Source of the DNA: an uncultured Alphaproteobacteria bacterium
Lineage (GTDB): Bacteria > Pseudomonadota > Alphaproteobacteria > Rs-D84
Direction of reading: 5' to 3'
Length of the DNA: 64,000 bases
NCBI GenBank assembly: GCA_934230415.1
Contig: CAKQEW010000002.1
Span: forward strand, 64,783-128,782
The translations under genes were made by a program, and so were the position numbers. The notes beneath the pieces are model-generated. The model was given only the letters and a program-made list of their open reading frames with translations. It did not search any database and was not told where the DNA came from. Position 1 is the stretch's first letter, and every line of letters starts with the position of its first letter. Positions 37,251 to 46,521 of this stretch are shown piece after piece.

Positions 37251-39545
37251 GTGCAGGGGGGGGGGATGAGATACTACTTTGAAGACGCCAGGGCTTTTTA
37301 TAATAACGTTGAAAAACTGTGCAAAAAAAATGCATATAACCTGGTGTTGCATAAACATCTGGGCGATATTTTTTATGCGATTGCAGCCAAGCCATTTTTT
37401 GAGACGCAATACAAAGCCCCACTGCATTTTATTATTCGTCCACAACACGAATTTTTGATGAAAATGTTAGGCGTTAAAAATTATGCTGTATATGATATTG
37501 ATGCACTGGTCAAAAAAAATACAGATTTCAAAGAATTGTATTTTAATGGTGCGCACCACGATCACTTTGCCGATGACAGAATTGAAAATGAAATGTTCCA
37601 GGCATTGTTTCCGTGTATTCCCGCCAACAAGGGTGTGCCATTTGTTTGCGAAAATTTGATAAACAACTTCTTTACGTATGACGATTATTGGGCATACAGA
37701 TGGTCCAGTAATATGGGTTTGGACACAAATTTCCGTTTTCTGTTGCCACAACATAAACTTGATTTGTCGGATGCGGCCAGGCGAAAAATCAGTAAAATTG
37801 CACCGTTGGATAAAATTGTCTTGATTGCACCCGAAGCTGCCACTTTCCCGGAATTTGGCCCGGAATTTTGGAATATTATTGCCGATGTGGTACATGCACA
37901 TGGGTATACAATTATCGTGAACAGTAAAAAATTCAAAATCAATCATGGCGTGTCTGCGTTTGATATGGGATTAAGTTTGTCGGACGTTGTGGCACTGGGG
38001 CTGAATTGTGCATATGTATTTTCATTGCGTTCGGGGTTGTGTGATGTGTTGGTTGGATGTGGCAAACGGTTGTATGCATTTTATCCGGCCCAGGGTCGGC
38101 GCGAATTACATTCGTTGACTGTTCCGTTTGTTCAGCAAACAGGTGTACATGAAATACAAATTGGAAATTGGAAAATCGATTCTGTTGTATGGGATGGGGT
38201 TGATTTAACAAAAGCATTACAGAAATATGTATCGGGATTGTACCGCAATTATATATTGGAAACAATGCGTCGTGCGTTATCGTTCGGACATCACAAGGCT
38301 GTGCATACGTTCCGGCGGAATTTGGCGCGTGATCTGGCGGGTGTGTCCAGGCTGTTTCCTGAAAATAATATCCAGAATCCAGTACTTGGGACAGATACGA
38401 ATTTGGCACCGATTTACAACAAGAAAACAAAAAACATTGCAAATGTAACCGTTCAGAAAGAATCTGTGTTGGGTGGGCTAATAACGTTCAAGCGGGATTC
38501 GCATGGTGTCCAGATATTGCGCGTCTGTGGCATAGTTGTGTACAGTAAAAAGAACAAAAACGGGGTCAGAATATCACGCATGTTCAGTATCCCGTTCCAC
38601 AGAAAAAATCTGAGACAAGAAATGTTGGCCAAAATCACACGTGATATTGGTAATGATGTTGATGATATATATATTATGCGTCACAATATTGGTGAAACCT
38701 ATGTGTTTCTGACACATCTGAAAAATTGGATAAAACGTAATGGGTCGGTGCATCCTGTGGTTCTGGTGTGGCGTGAAAAAGACATCCCATTATATGAAAT
38801 GTTTTTGCCAAAGAATATTGGCATGCATTATGTTCCGATTACCACGATAGAATTAAGTGATACATTGGGGGATGAAGTATTTGAATATAATGGTCATCGT
38901 ATATTTTGTCCAACGCCGGTTGATATTGTACAGTATATGTTAAAGCAACGGGAATCAGGGGATCCGAACCTGACATTCTATACGTATATATGTAAATATT
39001 TTTTGTTAGATTCGCCTGATAAACTGGCGCGTCCAATTGTGCCACAATCGGTTCGTGATGATGTGCGTGCACGTATTGCAACATATTTTCGTCGTCCATT
39101 TGTGGTAATTATGCCAAATGCAAATTCGTTGGGGCTGATGCCGGTTGAATTCTGGAACAAGATAATTCATGAAATGGATGTGCGTGGTTACGATGTTTTT
39201 GTGAACATGCATCACGCTAGCAATGTACATGAAACAGGATTGAATTTGTCCAGTGCAATCATGTTTGATTGCAATATCGCGGAAATATACGAACTGGCGC
39301 GTAATGCCGCGGGCATTATAACGTTGGCATCGGGATTGGCGGTACTGATGACGGCCACTAATACCCAGATGGATTTAATTTACACCGATTGCAAATATAA
39401 TGTTAAAGCTGACACAATGCAGGCACTGTATTCTGTGTACAGTTTGCCTGGTGTGAACCCAAAACGGGTTCGGGAATATGATGCAAATATACAATCCCCA
39501 GATGCGTTGGCGGATTTAATATTATCCCGTTATCCACAGCAGTAA
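37251..39545 (+). CDS. Large glycosyltransferase-like protein with internal tandem duplication (two LGD-motif, GT9 heptosyltransferase-like halves)
   Basis: 764 aa. Residues about 20-60 (LVLHKHLGDIFYAIAAKPFFETQYKAPLHFII) and about 450-500 (IYIMRHNIGETYVFLTHLKNWIKRNGSVHPVVLVW) repeat the GT9-type N-terminal pattern. The start lies inside a G9 tract (GTG-CAG-GGG-GGG-GGG-ATG). Confidence 0.4.
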   Translation: MQGGGMRYYFEDARAFYNNVEKLCKKNAYNLVLHKHLGDIFYAIAAKPFFETQYKAPLHFIIRPQHEFLMKMLGVKNYAVYDIDALVKKNTDFKELYFNGAHHDHFADDRIENEMFQALFPCIPANKGVPFVCENLINNFFTYDDYWAYRWSSNMGLDTNFRFLLPQHKLDLSDAARRKISKIAPLDKIVLIAPEAATFPEFGPEFWNIIADVVHAHGYTIIVNSKKFKINHGVSAFDMGLSLSDVVALGLNCAYVFSLRSGLCDVLVGCGKRLYAFYPAQGRRELHSLTVPFVQQTGVHEIQIGNWKIDSVVWDGVDLTKALQKYVSGLYRNYILETMRRALSFGHHKAVHTFRRNLARDLAGVSRLFPENNIQNPVLGTDTNLAPIYNKKTKNIANVTVQKESVLGGLITFKRDSHGVQILRVCGIVVYSKKNKNGVRISRMFSIPFHRKNLRQEMLAKITRDIGNDVDDIYIMRHNIGETYVFLTHLKNWIKRNGSVHPVVLVWREKDIPLYEMFLPKNIGMHYVPITTIELSDTLGDEVFEYNGHRIFCPTPVDIVQYMLKQRESGDPNLTFYTYICKYFLLDSPDKLARPIVPQSVRDDVRARIATYFRRPFVVIMPNANSLGLMPVEFWNKIIHEMDVRGYDVFVNMHHASNVHETGLNLSSAIMFDCNIAEIYELARNAAGIITLASGLAVLMTATNTQMDLIYTDCKYNVKADTMQALYSVYSLPGVNPKRVREYDANIQSPDALADLILSRYPQQ
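37256..37264 (+). repeat. Homopolymeric G9 tract spanning the translation start region
   Basis: Read directly: gtgcaGGGGGGGGGatgagatac. Confidence 0.95.
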
Positions 39546-39551
39546 AATTTG

Positions 39552-39580
39552 CCCGCGTTGTAATTTCAACGCGGGTTTTT
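39552..39580. terminator. Bidirectional terminator between convergent genes (CCCGCGTTGTAATTTCAACGCGGGTTTTT)
   Basis: 9-bp stem with a T run on the + side and an A/T-rich flank on the - side. Confidence 0.7.
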
Positions 39581-39586
39581 GTTGTA

Positions 39587-40123
39587 CTATGCGGCCATGC
39601 CCGCCACGTGCCAATGCACCCATCGCGCGCGCGATGCCGAACTGGCATACAGTGTTTCGGTCTGGATAAATATACCATTTTGCGTTTTGCCGGTTTGGTT
39701 ATCTGTGTTGTCCGAATTTATACCACCAATACATGTTAATATCGTTGATACCCCATCCAGGCCATATGATGTACCGGTTGCGGTGTACATACTGGTTGCC
39801 ATCTTGATGGGGAAACTGACGCTGACCCCCGCCCAACGATTGGTGGTGGTGGCAATTTTTGCAATTCCCCCTTGTTCAACCCAGCCGCTTTTGTATTTGC
39901 GATACCAGGTATAGTTGTTGTCTGCGGTGGGCGTTTGCCATGCGATGACGTAATCAATCGCGTCCAGTGCACTTTGTCGCGCCAACATTGTGCCGCCGGG
40001 GGTCGTGCCGTCGTGCACGCGAATGGTTTTGTTCGTGGTATCAACCGTGATTTCGCCTTCGGCCCCGGTAAATGTTGCGTGTTCGTCGGCGGTACCACGC
40101 CGAAATTGTATCTGTCGTGACAT
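39587..40123 (-). CDS. Phage tail-fibre N-terminal-domain protein (DUF2793/hyaluronidase-like N-terminus), stand-alone
   Basis: MSRQIQFRRGTADEHATFTGAEGEITVDTTNKTIRVHDGTTPGG matches the conserved tail-fibre N-terminal pattern RRGT…GE…DT…L.IGDGxTPG. 178 aa, with no other phage genes adjacent. Confidence 0.5.
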   Translation of the reverse strand: MSRQIQFRRGTADEHATFTGAEGEITVDTTNKTIRVHDGTTPGGTMLARQSALDAIDYVIAWQTPTADNNYTWYRKYKSGWVEQGGIAKIATTTNRWAGVSVSFPIKMATSMYTATGTSYGLDGVSTILTCIGGINSDNTDNQTGKTQNGIFIQTETLYASSASRARWVHWHVAGMAA

Positions 40124-40318
40124 TTGTGTGTGTTTCCTTTGGTTCGTTGGGTTAAATCGGTCGGTTGTTGAACAAAAAAATACCGGCGCGTTTCGCGTCG
40201 GCTGATATGCGCATTATATCACAAAATATGAAAAAAATCAACAAGGCTTTTCCTGTTGGACGGTATCGCAAATATCTGATATAATTGTCGCGATATAACA
40301 ATGGGGGGAAATACAGAT

Positions 40319-41254
40319 ATGAAAATTGCAATTATTGGTATTGGAACGGTTGGGTCTGCGGTTGCGACCGCGGTCAAGAACACCGGGTTTGTTCATGAAA
40401 TTGTCTTGTTTGATCGCGACGGCATTCGTGCGCGTGCCGCCGCCGAAGATTTGGGTCACGCCGCCAGTTTTGGATTTGATGTTAAAATTTCCGCAGCCAG
40501 TAATTATCGCGCCATTCGCGGGTCTGATGTTGTGATTATATCGGCCGGTGCAAACCAAAAGCCGGGCGAAACACGTACCGATTTGCTGAATAAAAATGTG
40601 GCGGTGATTTCAGACATCGTGCCACGCGTGATGGCAAACGTGGATCCAAAACATGTCCGCATTATTGTCGTGACGAACCCATTGGATGTGATGGTTATGC
40701 TGACCCAGAAACTGTCGCGTCTGCCGGCTGGGCGTGTGATTGGTACGGGGACAATGCTGGATTCGGCGCGTCTGCGCACAATTTTGTCACGCCAGTTGTC
40801 CGTTTCAACCAGTTCTGTTAACGCATATGTTTTGGGCGAACATGGTGATTCCAGCATGATAAACTGGACATCGGCAACAATTGGTGCAATTGCGCTGGAT
40901 GATTTCTGTCGCCAGATGAAGATGCCATTGCCGGCGACAACGCGTGCAACCATTGAACATCGCGTGCGAAATGCGGCATATGAAATTATCCAGGGCCGTG
41001 GTGCCACATGGGATGGAATTGGTGCGGCCGCGGCGGATTTGTTGCGTTGCATCATCAATAACGAACATCGTATTTTGACGGTCAGTTGCTGTCATGGTGT
41101 TGGTGCAAGTATGGTCGCCATGTCGTTGCCACGTATCGTTGGTGCCGATGGTGCCGGTGCGCCAATTATGCCGAAAATGTCGGCGTCTGAAAGTGCCGCA
41201 TTGCGCAAGTGCGCAAAAATAATTCGCAAGAATTACGATGCGATTGGAAAGTAA
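40319..41254 (+). CDS. L-lactate/malate dehydrogenase family protein
   Basis: Rossmann GxGxxG (KIAIIGIGTVGSA), the catalytic His region and an LDH/MDH-like active-site loop. The start is chosen at MKIAII. Confidence 0.8.
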   Translation: MKIAIIGIGTVGSAVATAVKNTGFVHEIVLFDRDGIRARAAAEDLGHAASFGFDVKISAASNYRAIRGSDVVIISAGANQKPGETRTDLLNKNVAVISDIVPRVMANVDPKHVRIIVVTNPLDVMVMLTQKLSRLPAGRVIGTGTMLDSARLRTILSRQLSVSTSSVNAYVLGEHGDSSMINWTSATIGAIALDDFCRQMKMPLPATTRATIEHRVRNAAYEIIQGRGATWDGIGAAAADLLRCIINNEHRILTVSCCHGVGASMVAMSLPRIVGADGAGAPIMPKMSASESAALRKCAKIIRKNYDAIGK

Positions 41255-41360
41255 TCATATAACGCGGAAATGTACAGGTTTCCGCGTTTTTTATGCATTC
41301 AATCATATTTAAAGCATGTGCGCCCCCTGGTATAATTTATCGTATCAGGGGGCGTAAAAA

Positions 41361-41663
41361 ATGGCAGAGAAAATTAGTTATACATTGTATTCAAATGGTC
41401 TGGGGTTCAGTGCGGACGTGGCACATCATCACATTGGTGAAATAACATTTTTTCGTTCGGGCCTGGACAAGTTGGTCATTGACCATACCGCCGTTGTCCC
41501 AGAATATCGCAACGCGCAAATCGGATTGAACCTGGTGCGTCATGTGTGCAGTTTGGCGCGGCGCCAGCGGCGCAAGATTATTCCCCTGTGTCCATTCGCG
41601 CGCGCAATGTTTAATCGGTATTCTGAATTTGACGATGTGCGATTGATGCATCACAACGCATAA
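41361..41663 (+). CDS. Small GNAT-fold N-acetyltransferase-like protein
   Basis: 100 aa. Resembles the minimal GNAT (YjdJ/Acetyltransf_CG-like) with a conserved C-terminal CPF motif. Confidence 0.45.
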   Translation: MAEKISYTLYSNGLGFSADVAHHHIGEITFFRSGLDKLVIDHTAVVPEYRNAQIGLNLVRHVCSLARRQRRKIIPLCPFARAMFNRYSEFDDVRLMHHNA

Positions 41664-41753
41664 TTTCATGGGTTATATGCGAATTATTGAAAAAATGGCT
41701 TGCGCGTGCGGGCGCACAATTTTATAATTCGGTCAGGAAAAAAAGGAGAATCC

Positions 41754-42332
41754 ATGAAAAAGTTATCAATTCTGTCTGCGGTGTTGGGAATGACACTGTT
41801 TGGTGCGGCGTCTGCGGCCGATATTACTGTTTATTATTCACCAACATGCCCACATTGCCATCATGCGCGTGAATTCATCGGTGGCCAGATGGTATATGAA
41901 TATCCAAAATTGGTTGTCAGTGAAGTCAACGTTATGAACCCAGATATGTTGCCAAAATTCCAGGACGCATTAAAGAAGTGCGAATATGAATCTGGTGGTG
42001 TGCCGGTAATTGTTGTTGGTGAAAAATGTTTCCAGGGTTATGCGGATTTCATGCAACAGGATTTGCGTGACGCCGTAGAGGTTGACCTGACCGATGCTGA
42101 CAAGGCAACCGCGGCAGAAAACCGTGCCGAATTGGAAAAGGACGCGGATGCGTTCAAGGCTGCGCACAGTGATCGCGCCAATGCGATTTCTGAATACCAG
42201 GCGACCGCCCCAGAACAGGCCGACGAAACCGCACAAAAAAAAACTGAAAATGGCGGCAGTGGGTATTTCTATGGTCTGCTGATTGTTCTGGTTGCGGCAT
42301 TGGGATTTGTTCTGGTTCGCAAAAAGAAATAA
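41754..42332 (+). CDS. Secreted thioredoxin-fold protein with a CPHC motif and a C-terminal membrane anchor
   Basis: Signal peptide, YSPTCPHCHHAREF, an acidic linker and a C-terminal hydrophobic segment (GLLIVLVAALGFVLV). AAGGAGA RBS. Confidence 0.5.
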   Translation: MKKLSILSAVLGMTLFGAASAADITVYYSPTCPHCHHAREFIGGQMVYEYPKLVVSEVNVMNPDMLPKFQDALKKCEYESGGVPVIVVGEKCFQGYADFMQQDLRDAVEVDLTDADKATAAENRAELEKDADAFKAAHSDRANAISEYQATAPEQADETAQKKTENGGSGYFYGLLIVLVAALGFVLVRKKK

Positions 42333-42365
42333 TCGCAAACTGTAATCAAAGACACAGGATATACG

Positions 42366-43091
42366 ATGTTTGATTTAACCGCATTGGACTATGTTTTTGG
42401 TGGCGTCATATTGGCGTCAACAATTTGGGCAACCGTGCGTGGTGGCATATACGAAACAATCGCGACAATGTCGTGGGTTGTGGCGGCGGTGTCGGCGCGT
42501 TTCGCATCCCCGTGGTTGGATACTGTGTTACAGAAATGGTTTGACCTGCCGGATTCTACGGTTGGGACATTGGTCGCATCGTATTTCATTGTGTTCTTTG
42601 CAATATTGATGATTGTCGGTTTCTTTAACCAGAAATTGCGCGACAAGATTCAGGCCAGCATGTTAAAGGTGACGGATCGCACACTGGGTGTTATATTCGG
42701 CATCGTGCGCGGGATATTCGTGATGGGCATCGTGTATTGGGGTGCGCTGTGGTATTATTCTGATGCGCCACACATGCCAGATTGGATTGCGGCGGCACGC
42801 ACACGCCCGATTATGCAATTGACCGCGGTTAAACTGGACGAATGGTTTATCCCGGGTGCTGAAAACAAATTGTTGGCGCGTGATATGACCGGTACCCAGG
42901 AAGCGCTGGAAATATACAAAAACCTGATAAATCCGGCGGTGTCTGATGCGAAAAAGACCGACACGACCACCGCAGATGCACCAGAAACAGGATACAAATC
43001 GTCCGAACGTACAGCACTGGAAAACCAGTTGTTGCAAATTGAAACGGCCGCCCGTGCCGCCGCCGATGATGTGGATGAAACCGCAGAGTAG
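42366..43091 (+). CDS. cvpA: CvpA-family (colicin V production) membrane protein
   Basis: Four N-terminal TM helices with the CvpA pattern. Soluble acidic tail. Confidence 0.7.
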   Translation: MFDLTALDYVFGGVILASTIWATVRGGIYETIATMSWVVAAVSARFASPWLDTVLQKWFDLPDSTVGTLVASYFIVFFAILMIVGFFNQKLRDKIQASMLKVTDRTLGVIFGIVRGIFVMGIVYWGALWYYSDAPHMPDWIAAARTRPIMQLTAVKLDEWFIPGAENKLLARDMTGTQEALEIYKNLINPAVSDAKKTDTTTADAPETGYKSSERTALENQLLQIETAARAAADDVDETAE

Positions 43092-43122
43092 GCCGTATTA
43101 TACATATTCAACACCGCCAAAT

Positions 43123-43148
43123 ACGGCGGTGTTTTTTTATGATTTCAT
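43123..43148 (+). terminator. Intrinsic terminator after cvpA (CACCGCCAAATACGGCGGTGTTTTTTT)
   Basis: 7-bp stem plus a T7 run. Confidence 0.75.
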
Positions 43149-43211
43149 GCCCATGGTAATACAGTGCCCGATATGCAAAAATAGAGGTATATAAAACAAA
43201 AGGGGCACAAA

Positions 43212-43652
43212 ATGATGTTGCGATTAAAAATATGTACCACGGTTCTGTTTGTTTATGAAATTATTGCGGTGATATTGCTGTATGGGGCGCGTACATGTGG
43301 CGCGTTGTTCGGTATGAATTTTTGTGCAACTGGCGCATTTAAATATTTCATTGTTTGCGCCGCAGTGCCAATGATTGGTGCCATAATTATAATGTGGGTG
43401 CGTGAAATCATCCATGCACGCCGCCGGCGTTATTCGCCGATATCACGCGCATTTGGTGCGGCACGTGCGGTTGCGCGAAACGTCCGCGCCCGTGTGATGG
43501 AACATATTGACCAGGACGATTTGGAAAAACTGATTGCGGGTGCGCTGGTGGTCGGGTTGCAGCGATATACATCACGTCACGCGTCTGATGCGGGTGAAAA
43601 ATCGCCGGCCAAGAAAACATCGCGTCGTCGCCGTTCACAGCCCAAGAAATAA
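43212..43652 (+). CDS. Hypothetical membrane protein with a basic C-terminal tail
   Basis: 146 aa. Two to three TM helices. C-terminal KKTSRRRRSQPKK. Confidence 0.35.
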   Translation: MMLRLKICTTVLFVYEIIAVILLYGARTCGALFGMNFCATGAFKYFIVCAAVPMIGAIIIMWVREIIHARRRRYSPISRAFGAARAVARNVRARVMEHIDQDDLEKLIAGALVVGLQRYTSRHASDAGEKSPAKKTSRRRRSQPKK

Positions 43653-43671
43653 TAAATACGTAATAACAAAA

Positions 43672-43696
43672 AAATCCGCCATCGGCGGATTTTTTA
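43672..43696. terminator. Terminator hairpin (ATCCGCCATCGGCGGATTTTTT)
   Basis: Lies between a + strand gene and the 3' end of the - strand tRNA-Thr. Confidence 0.65.
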
Positions 43697-43699
43697 TTC

Positions 43700-43775
43700 T
43701 GGTGCCAGTTGTCGGACTTGAACCAACGACCCTCTGATTACAAATCAGATGCTCTACCAGCTGAGCTAAACTGGC
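43700..43775 (-). tRNA. tRNA-Thr (anticodon TGT)
   Basis: Reverse complement GCCAGTTTAGCTCAGCTGGTAGAGCATCTGATTTGTAATCAGAGGGTCGTTGGTTCAAGTCCGACAACTGGCACCA. Anticodon loop UU-UGU-AA. Confidence 0.85.
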
Positions 43776-43882
43776 AACGGGCTTTACTATACAGTGTTCT
43801 GATTCTGATTTCAAGTATAAAAATTTATAAATTGCTTGATTTTATTTCTGAACGATAAAAAATATATCCAAAAGGGTAACAG

Positions 43883-45127
43883 ATGATTAAATTACCAGAA
43901 TTATTGGCACCGGCCGGGACGCTGGACGCGTTCAAAACGGCGATTTTATACGGCGCAGATGCGATTTATGCGGGTTTGCCGGGTTTTTCAATGCGTGCAC
44001 GTGCCAAGATTACCGTGGAAGAAGTCAAACAGGGCATAGAACTGGCACATGCGGCGGGCAAGAAAGTTTATCTGGCATTTAATCTGTTTGCGCATGACCG
44101 CGATTTTGCAAATATGGACCGGGTCAGTGATATTATAAATTACCTGGCGCCGGATGCACTGATTGTGGCCGACCCGGGCGTTATGATGTGGGTGCGTGCG
44201 CATCACCCTGATATGCCAATCCACGTATCAACCCAGGCGAACATTTGTTCCGCCGCATCGGTCAAGTTCTGGCAGAACGCCGGCGCAAAATTGTGCGTCC
44301 TTGCGCGCGAGGTTTCATTCCCAGAATTCCGTGCAATTCGTGCGGCGTGTCCGGATGTTGGTCTGGAAATATTCGTCCATGGTGCCATGTGTATGAGTTA
44401 TTCGGGCCGTTGCCTGTTGTCCAATTTTATCACCGGTCGTCCCGCAAATCGTGGCGCATGCGCGCAATTGTGCCGGTGGAAATACGATGTTATTTTGCGT
44501 GAATGTGAATCCGGCATAGAGATGCCGTTAATGCAAGATGAACGCGGCGCATACATTATGAATTCGCGCGATTTGTGCCTGATGCCACATTTGGCAGAAA
44601 TCATTTCTGCGCATCCCGATTCGTTAAAGATAGAAGGCCGCAATCGCAGTGAATATTACGTCGGGCGTGTTACACATGCATATCGCACCGCGATGGATGC
44701 GTATGCCGCCGACCCGGAACATTTTAACCCGGCGCCGTTTATGGATGAACTGAACCAGTTGGAAACGCGTGGATACACCACGGCATTCTTTGATGGAAAC
44801 TTGGGGCCGGATGCGCATAATTACGAAACCACGCGTTCAACATCTGATTGGCATGCGGCGGGCGTGATTACGGCGCGCGCGGTGGATAATATTACACTGG
44901 AATTGCGAAACGAAATTCGCGCCGGGGGTGACATAATGTTCGTGTTGCCGGGTGTGGCCATGGGTGTCACCGTGCATTTACCACAAATCATAAATGCAAA
45001 AAATGGCGATGTGTTGCCAAAAATGTCGGCGGGCCAACATAACAGTATCACAATACCGCGTCAATGGATTCCGGCGGAATTCTGGGAAAAATTTGTGCCA
45101 TACATTTTGGCATACCAGCATAAATAA
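43883..45127 (+). CDS. Peptidase U32 family protein (YhbU/RlhA-like)
   Basis: 414 aa with the conserved U32 N-terminal block (ELLAPAGTLDAFKTAILYGADAIY) and Cys motifs (CMSYSGRC). Confidence 0.8.
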   Translation: MIKLPELLAPAGTLDAFKTAILYGADAIYAGLPGFSMRARAKITVEEVKQGIELAHAAGKKVYLAFNLFAHDRDFANMDRVSDIINYLAPDALIVADPGVMMWVRAHHPDMPIHVSTQANICSAASVKFWQNAGAKLCVLAREVSFPEFRAIRAACPDVGLEIFVHGAMCMSYSGRCLLSNFITGRPANRGACAQLCRWKYDVILRECESGIEMPLMQDERGAYIMNSRDLCLMPHLAEIISAHPDSLKIEGRNRSEYYVGRVTHAYRTAMDAYAADPEHFNPAPFMDELNQLETRGYTTAFFDGNLGPDAHNYETTRSTSDWHAAGVITARAVDNITLELRNEIRAGGDIMFVLPGVAMGVTVHLPQIINAKNGDVLPKMSAGQHNSITIPRQWIPAEFWEKFVPYILAYQHK

Positions 45128-45297
45128 ATTTTGCAAGAAAAAGATTTCTTTGACTTTATTCCCATAATAGGTATATCCTGATGGATGTTCATGTCACCAA
45201 AGCGCACTGTTGCCAATAATGGGCGGTGTGGATATGGACCCCGGTCTTGCCAATAATGGGGGCCGTGGCATTTCATCACAACCAAGGAGTTAATTTG

Positions 45298-46401
45298 ATG
45301 AAAAAAACAATTACGTTGGCGACAGCAGTGGCTGCGCTGACTGCGCCGGCGATGGCGGCAAATATTCCAGGGCCGTATTCCACGGTTAATAACATGGAAA
45401 ATCCGTTGTACCTGCCAAAACAGAATATGTTTTATTCTAAATTGTCCAACGGCATTATGTTAAAGGTCGCCGATGATTCATGGGCGCATCGCGAAAAAGG
45501 ACACGATGGTTCGTTTGAATTCCCAATTCTGCGTGTCCAAGAAGAAATGGGTTATGGTATTACAGATCGTTGGGCGGCACATTTTATGTTGCAGTATACC
45601 CACGATAACGATATTGGTCGTACCGGTCTGTCCGGCGGCCGTTTGGGTACAACGTACCGTATCTTGAACCTGTATCATGGGTTCGTATGGGATGTGTATG
45701 GTGATATCCATTTGGGCGGTGTCGGTGAAATGCGTGGCACATATAATGTAAAGGGTAATTTACAAAACCCAAGCAGTGTATACGGCGTGTTTGACTATGA
45801 CAACTATTCCGATGGTATGTGGGGTTTCCATGCTGGGACCAAATTTGGTCATGTATGGGACAAATTCACGGCCCAGGCATTTGTTGAAATCTTGCAAACA
45901 TTTGGTGGCGACAATAACATGATACGTGTTATTGGCGACAAAACACCATTTGGTTCAATCTCATTGAGTGGTGGGATGACCGGTGTTATGTCTACGGCAA
46001 CCCAATTGGCATTGTTCGGTGCCCCCAGCCAGATTTCTGCGAAATTAAAGGGTTATACGGATGTCAGTGCCGGGGTCCAGGGATTTTATCAATTCTCGGA
46101 CCGGTGGAGCACCGGCGGTTGGTTCAAATTCAACCGTCATTCGGACAAGGGGATAAAAGAAATCACCAGCTATATTCCATCTGCATTGACGCCATTGAAA
46201 CTGGCCCTGGAACAGCAGTTGGCGAATATGAAGGATGGTTGGGATGAATACGTTATTGGTGCATCTGTGTCAAACCAGTTGACCGATAACACCCAGGTCA
46301 CCCTGTATGGCGAATATACATTTGACGACTCGCATCGTAAATCCCAAAACGGGACAGATGTAAAGGCGGAATTTGGTGTTCGCTTGAACTTTACGTTCTA
46401 A
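45298..46401 (+). CDS. Outer-membrane beta-barrel protein (hypothetical)
   Basis: Start at MKKTITLATAVAALTAPAMA after AAGGAG. C-terminal ...FGVRLNFTF. Confidence 0.5.
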   Translation: MKKTITLATAVAALTAPAMAANIPGPYSTVNNMENPLYLPKQNMFYSKLSNGIMLKVADDSWAHREKGHDGSFEFPILRVQEEMGYGITDRWAAHFMLQYTHDNDIGRTGLSGGRLGTTYRILNLYHGFVWDVYGDIHLGGVGEMRGTYNVKGNLQNPSSVYGVFDYDNYSDGMWGFHAGTKFGHVWDKFTAQAFVEILQTFGGDNNMIRVIGDKTPFGSISLSGGMTGVMSTATQLALFGAPSQISAKLKGYTDVSAGVQGFYQFSDRWSTGGWFKFNRHSDKGIKEITSYIPSALTPLKLALEQQLANMKDGWDEYVIGASVSNQLTDNTQVTLYGEYTFDDSHRKSQNGTDVKAEFGVRLNFTF

Positions 46402-46430
46402 AAATAAAAAACAAAAAATATTGGACTGAC

Positions 46431-46460
46431 AACCCCGCCATGTGGCGGGGTTGTGTTTTA
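46431..46460 (+). terminator. Intrinsic terminator (AACCCCGCCATGTGGCGGGGTTGTGTTTT)
   Basis: GC stem plus a T-rich tail after the OMP gene. Confidence 0.65.
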
Positions 46461-46521
46461 CTAAATTCTTTTATCATGGAAATTTTTATGATATAATACT
46501 GGCAAAGGAAATGGATCCATC

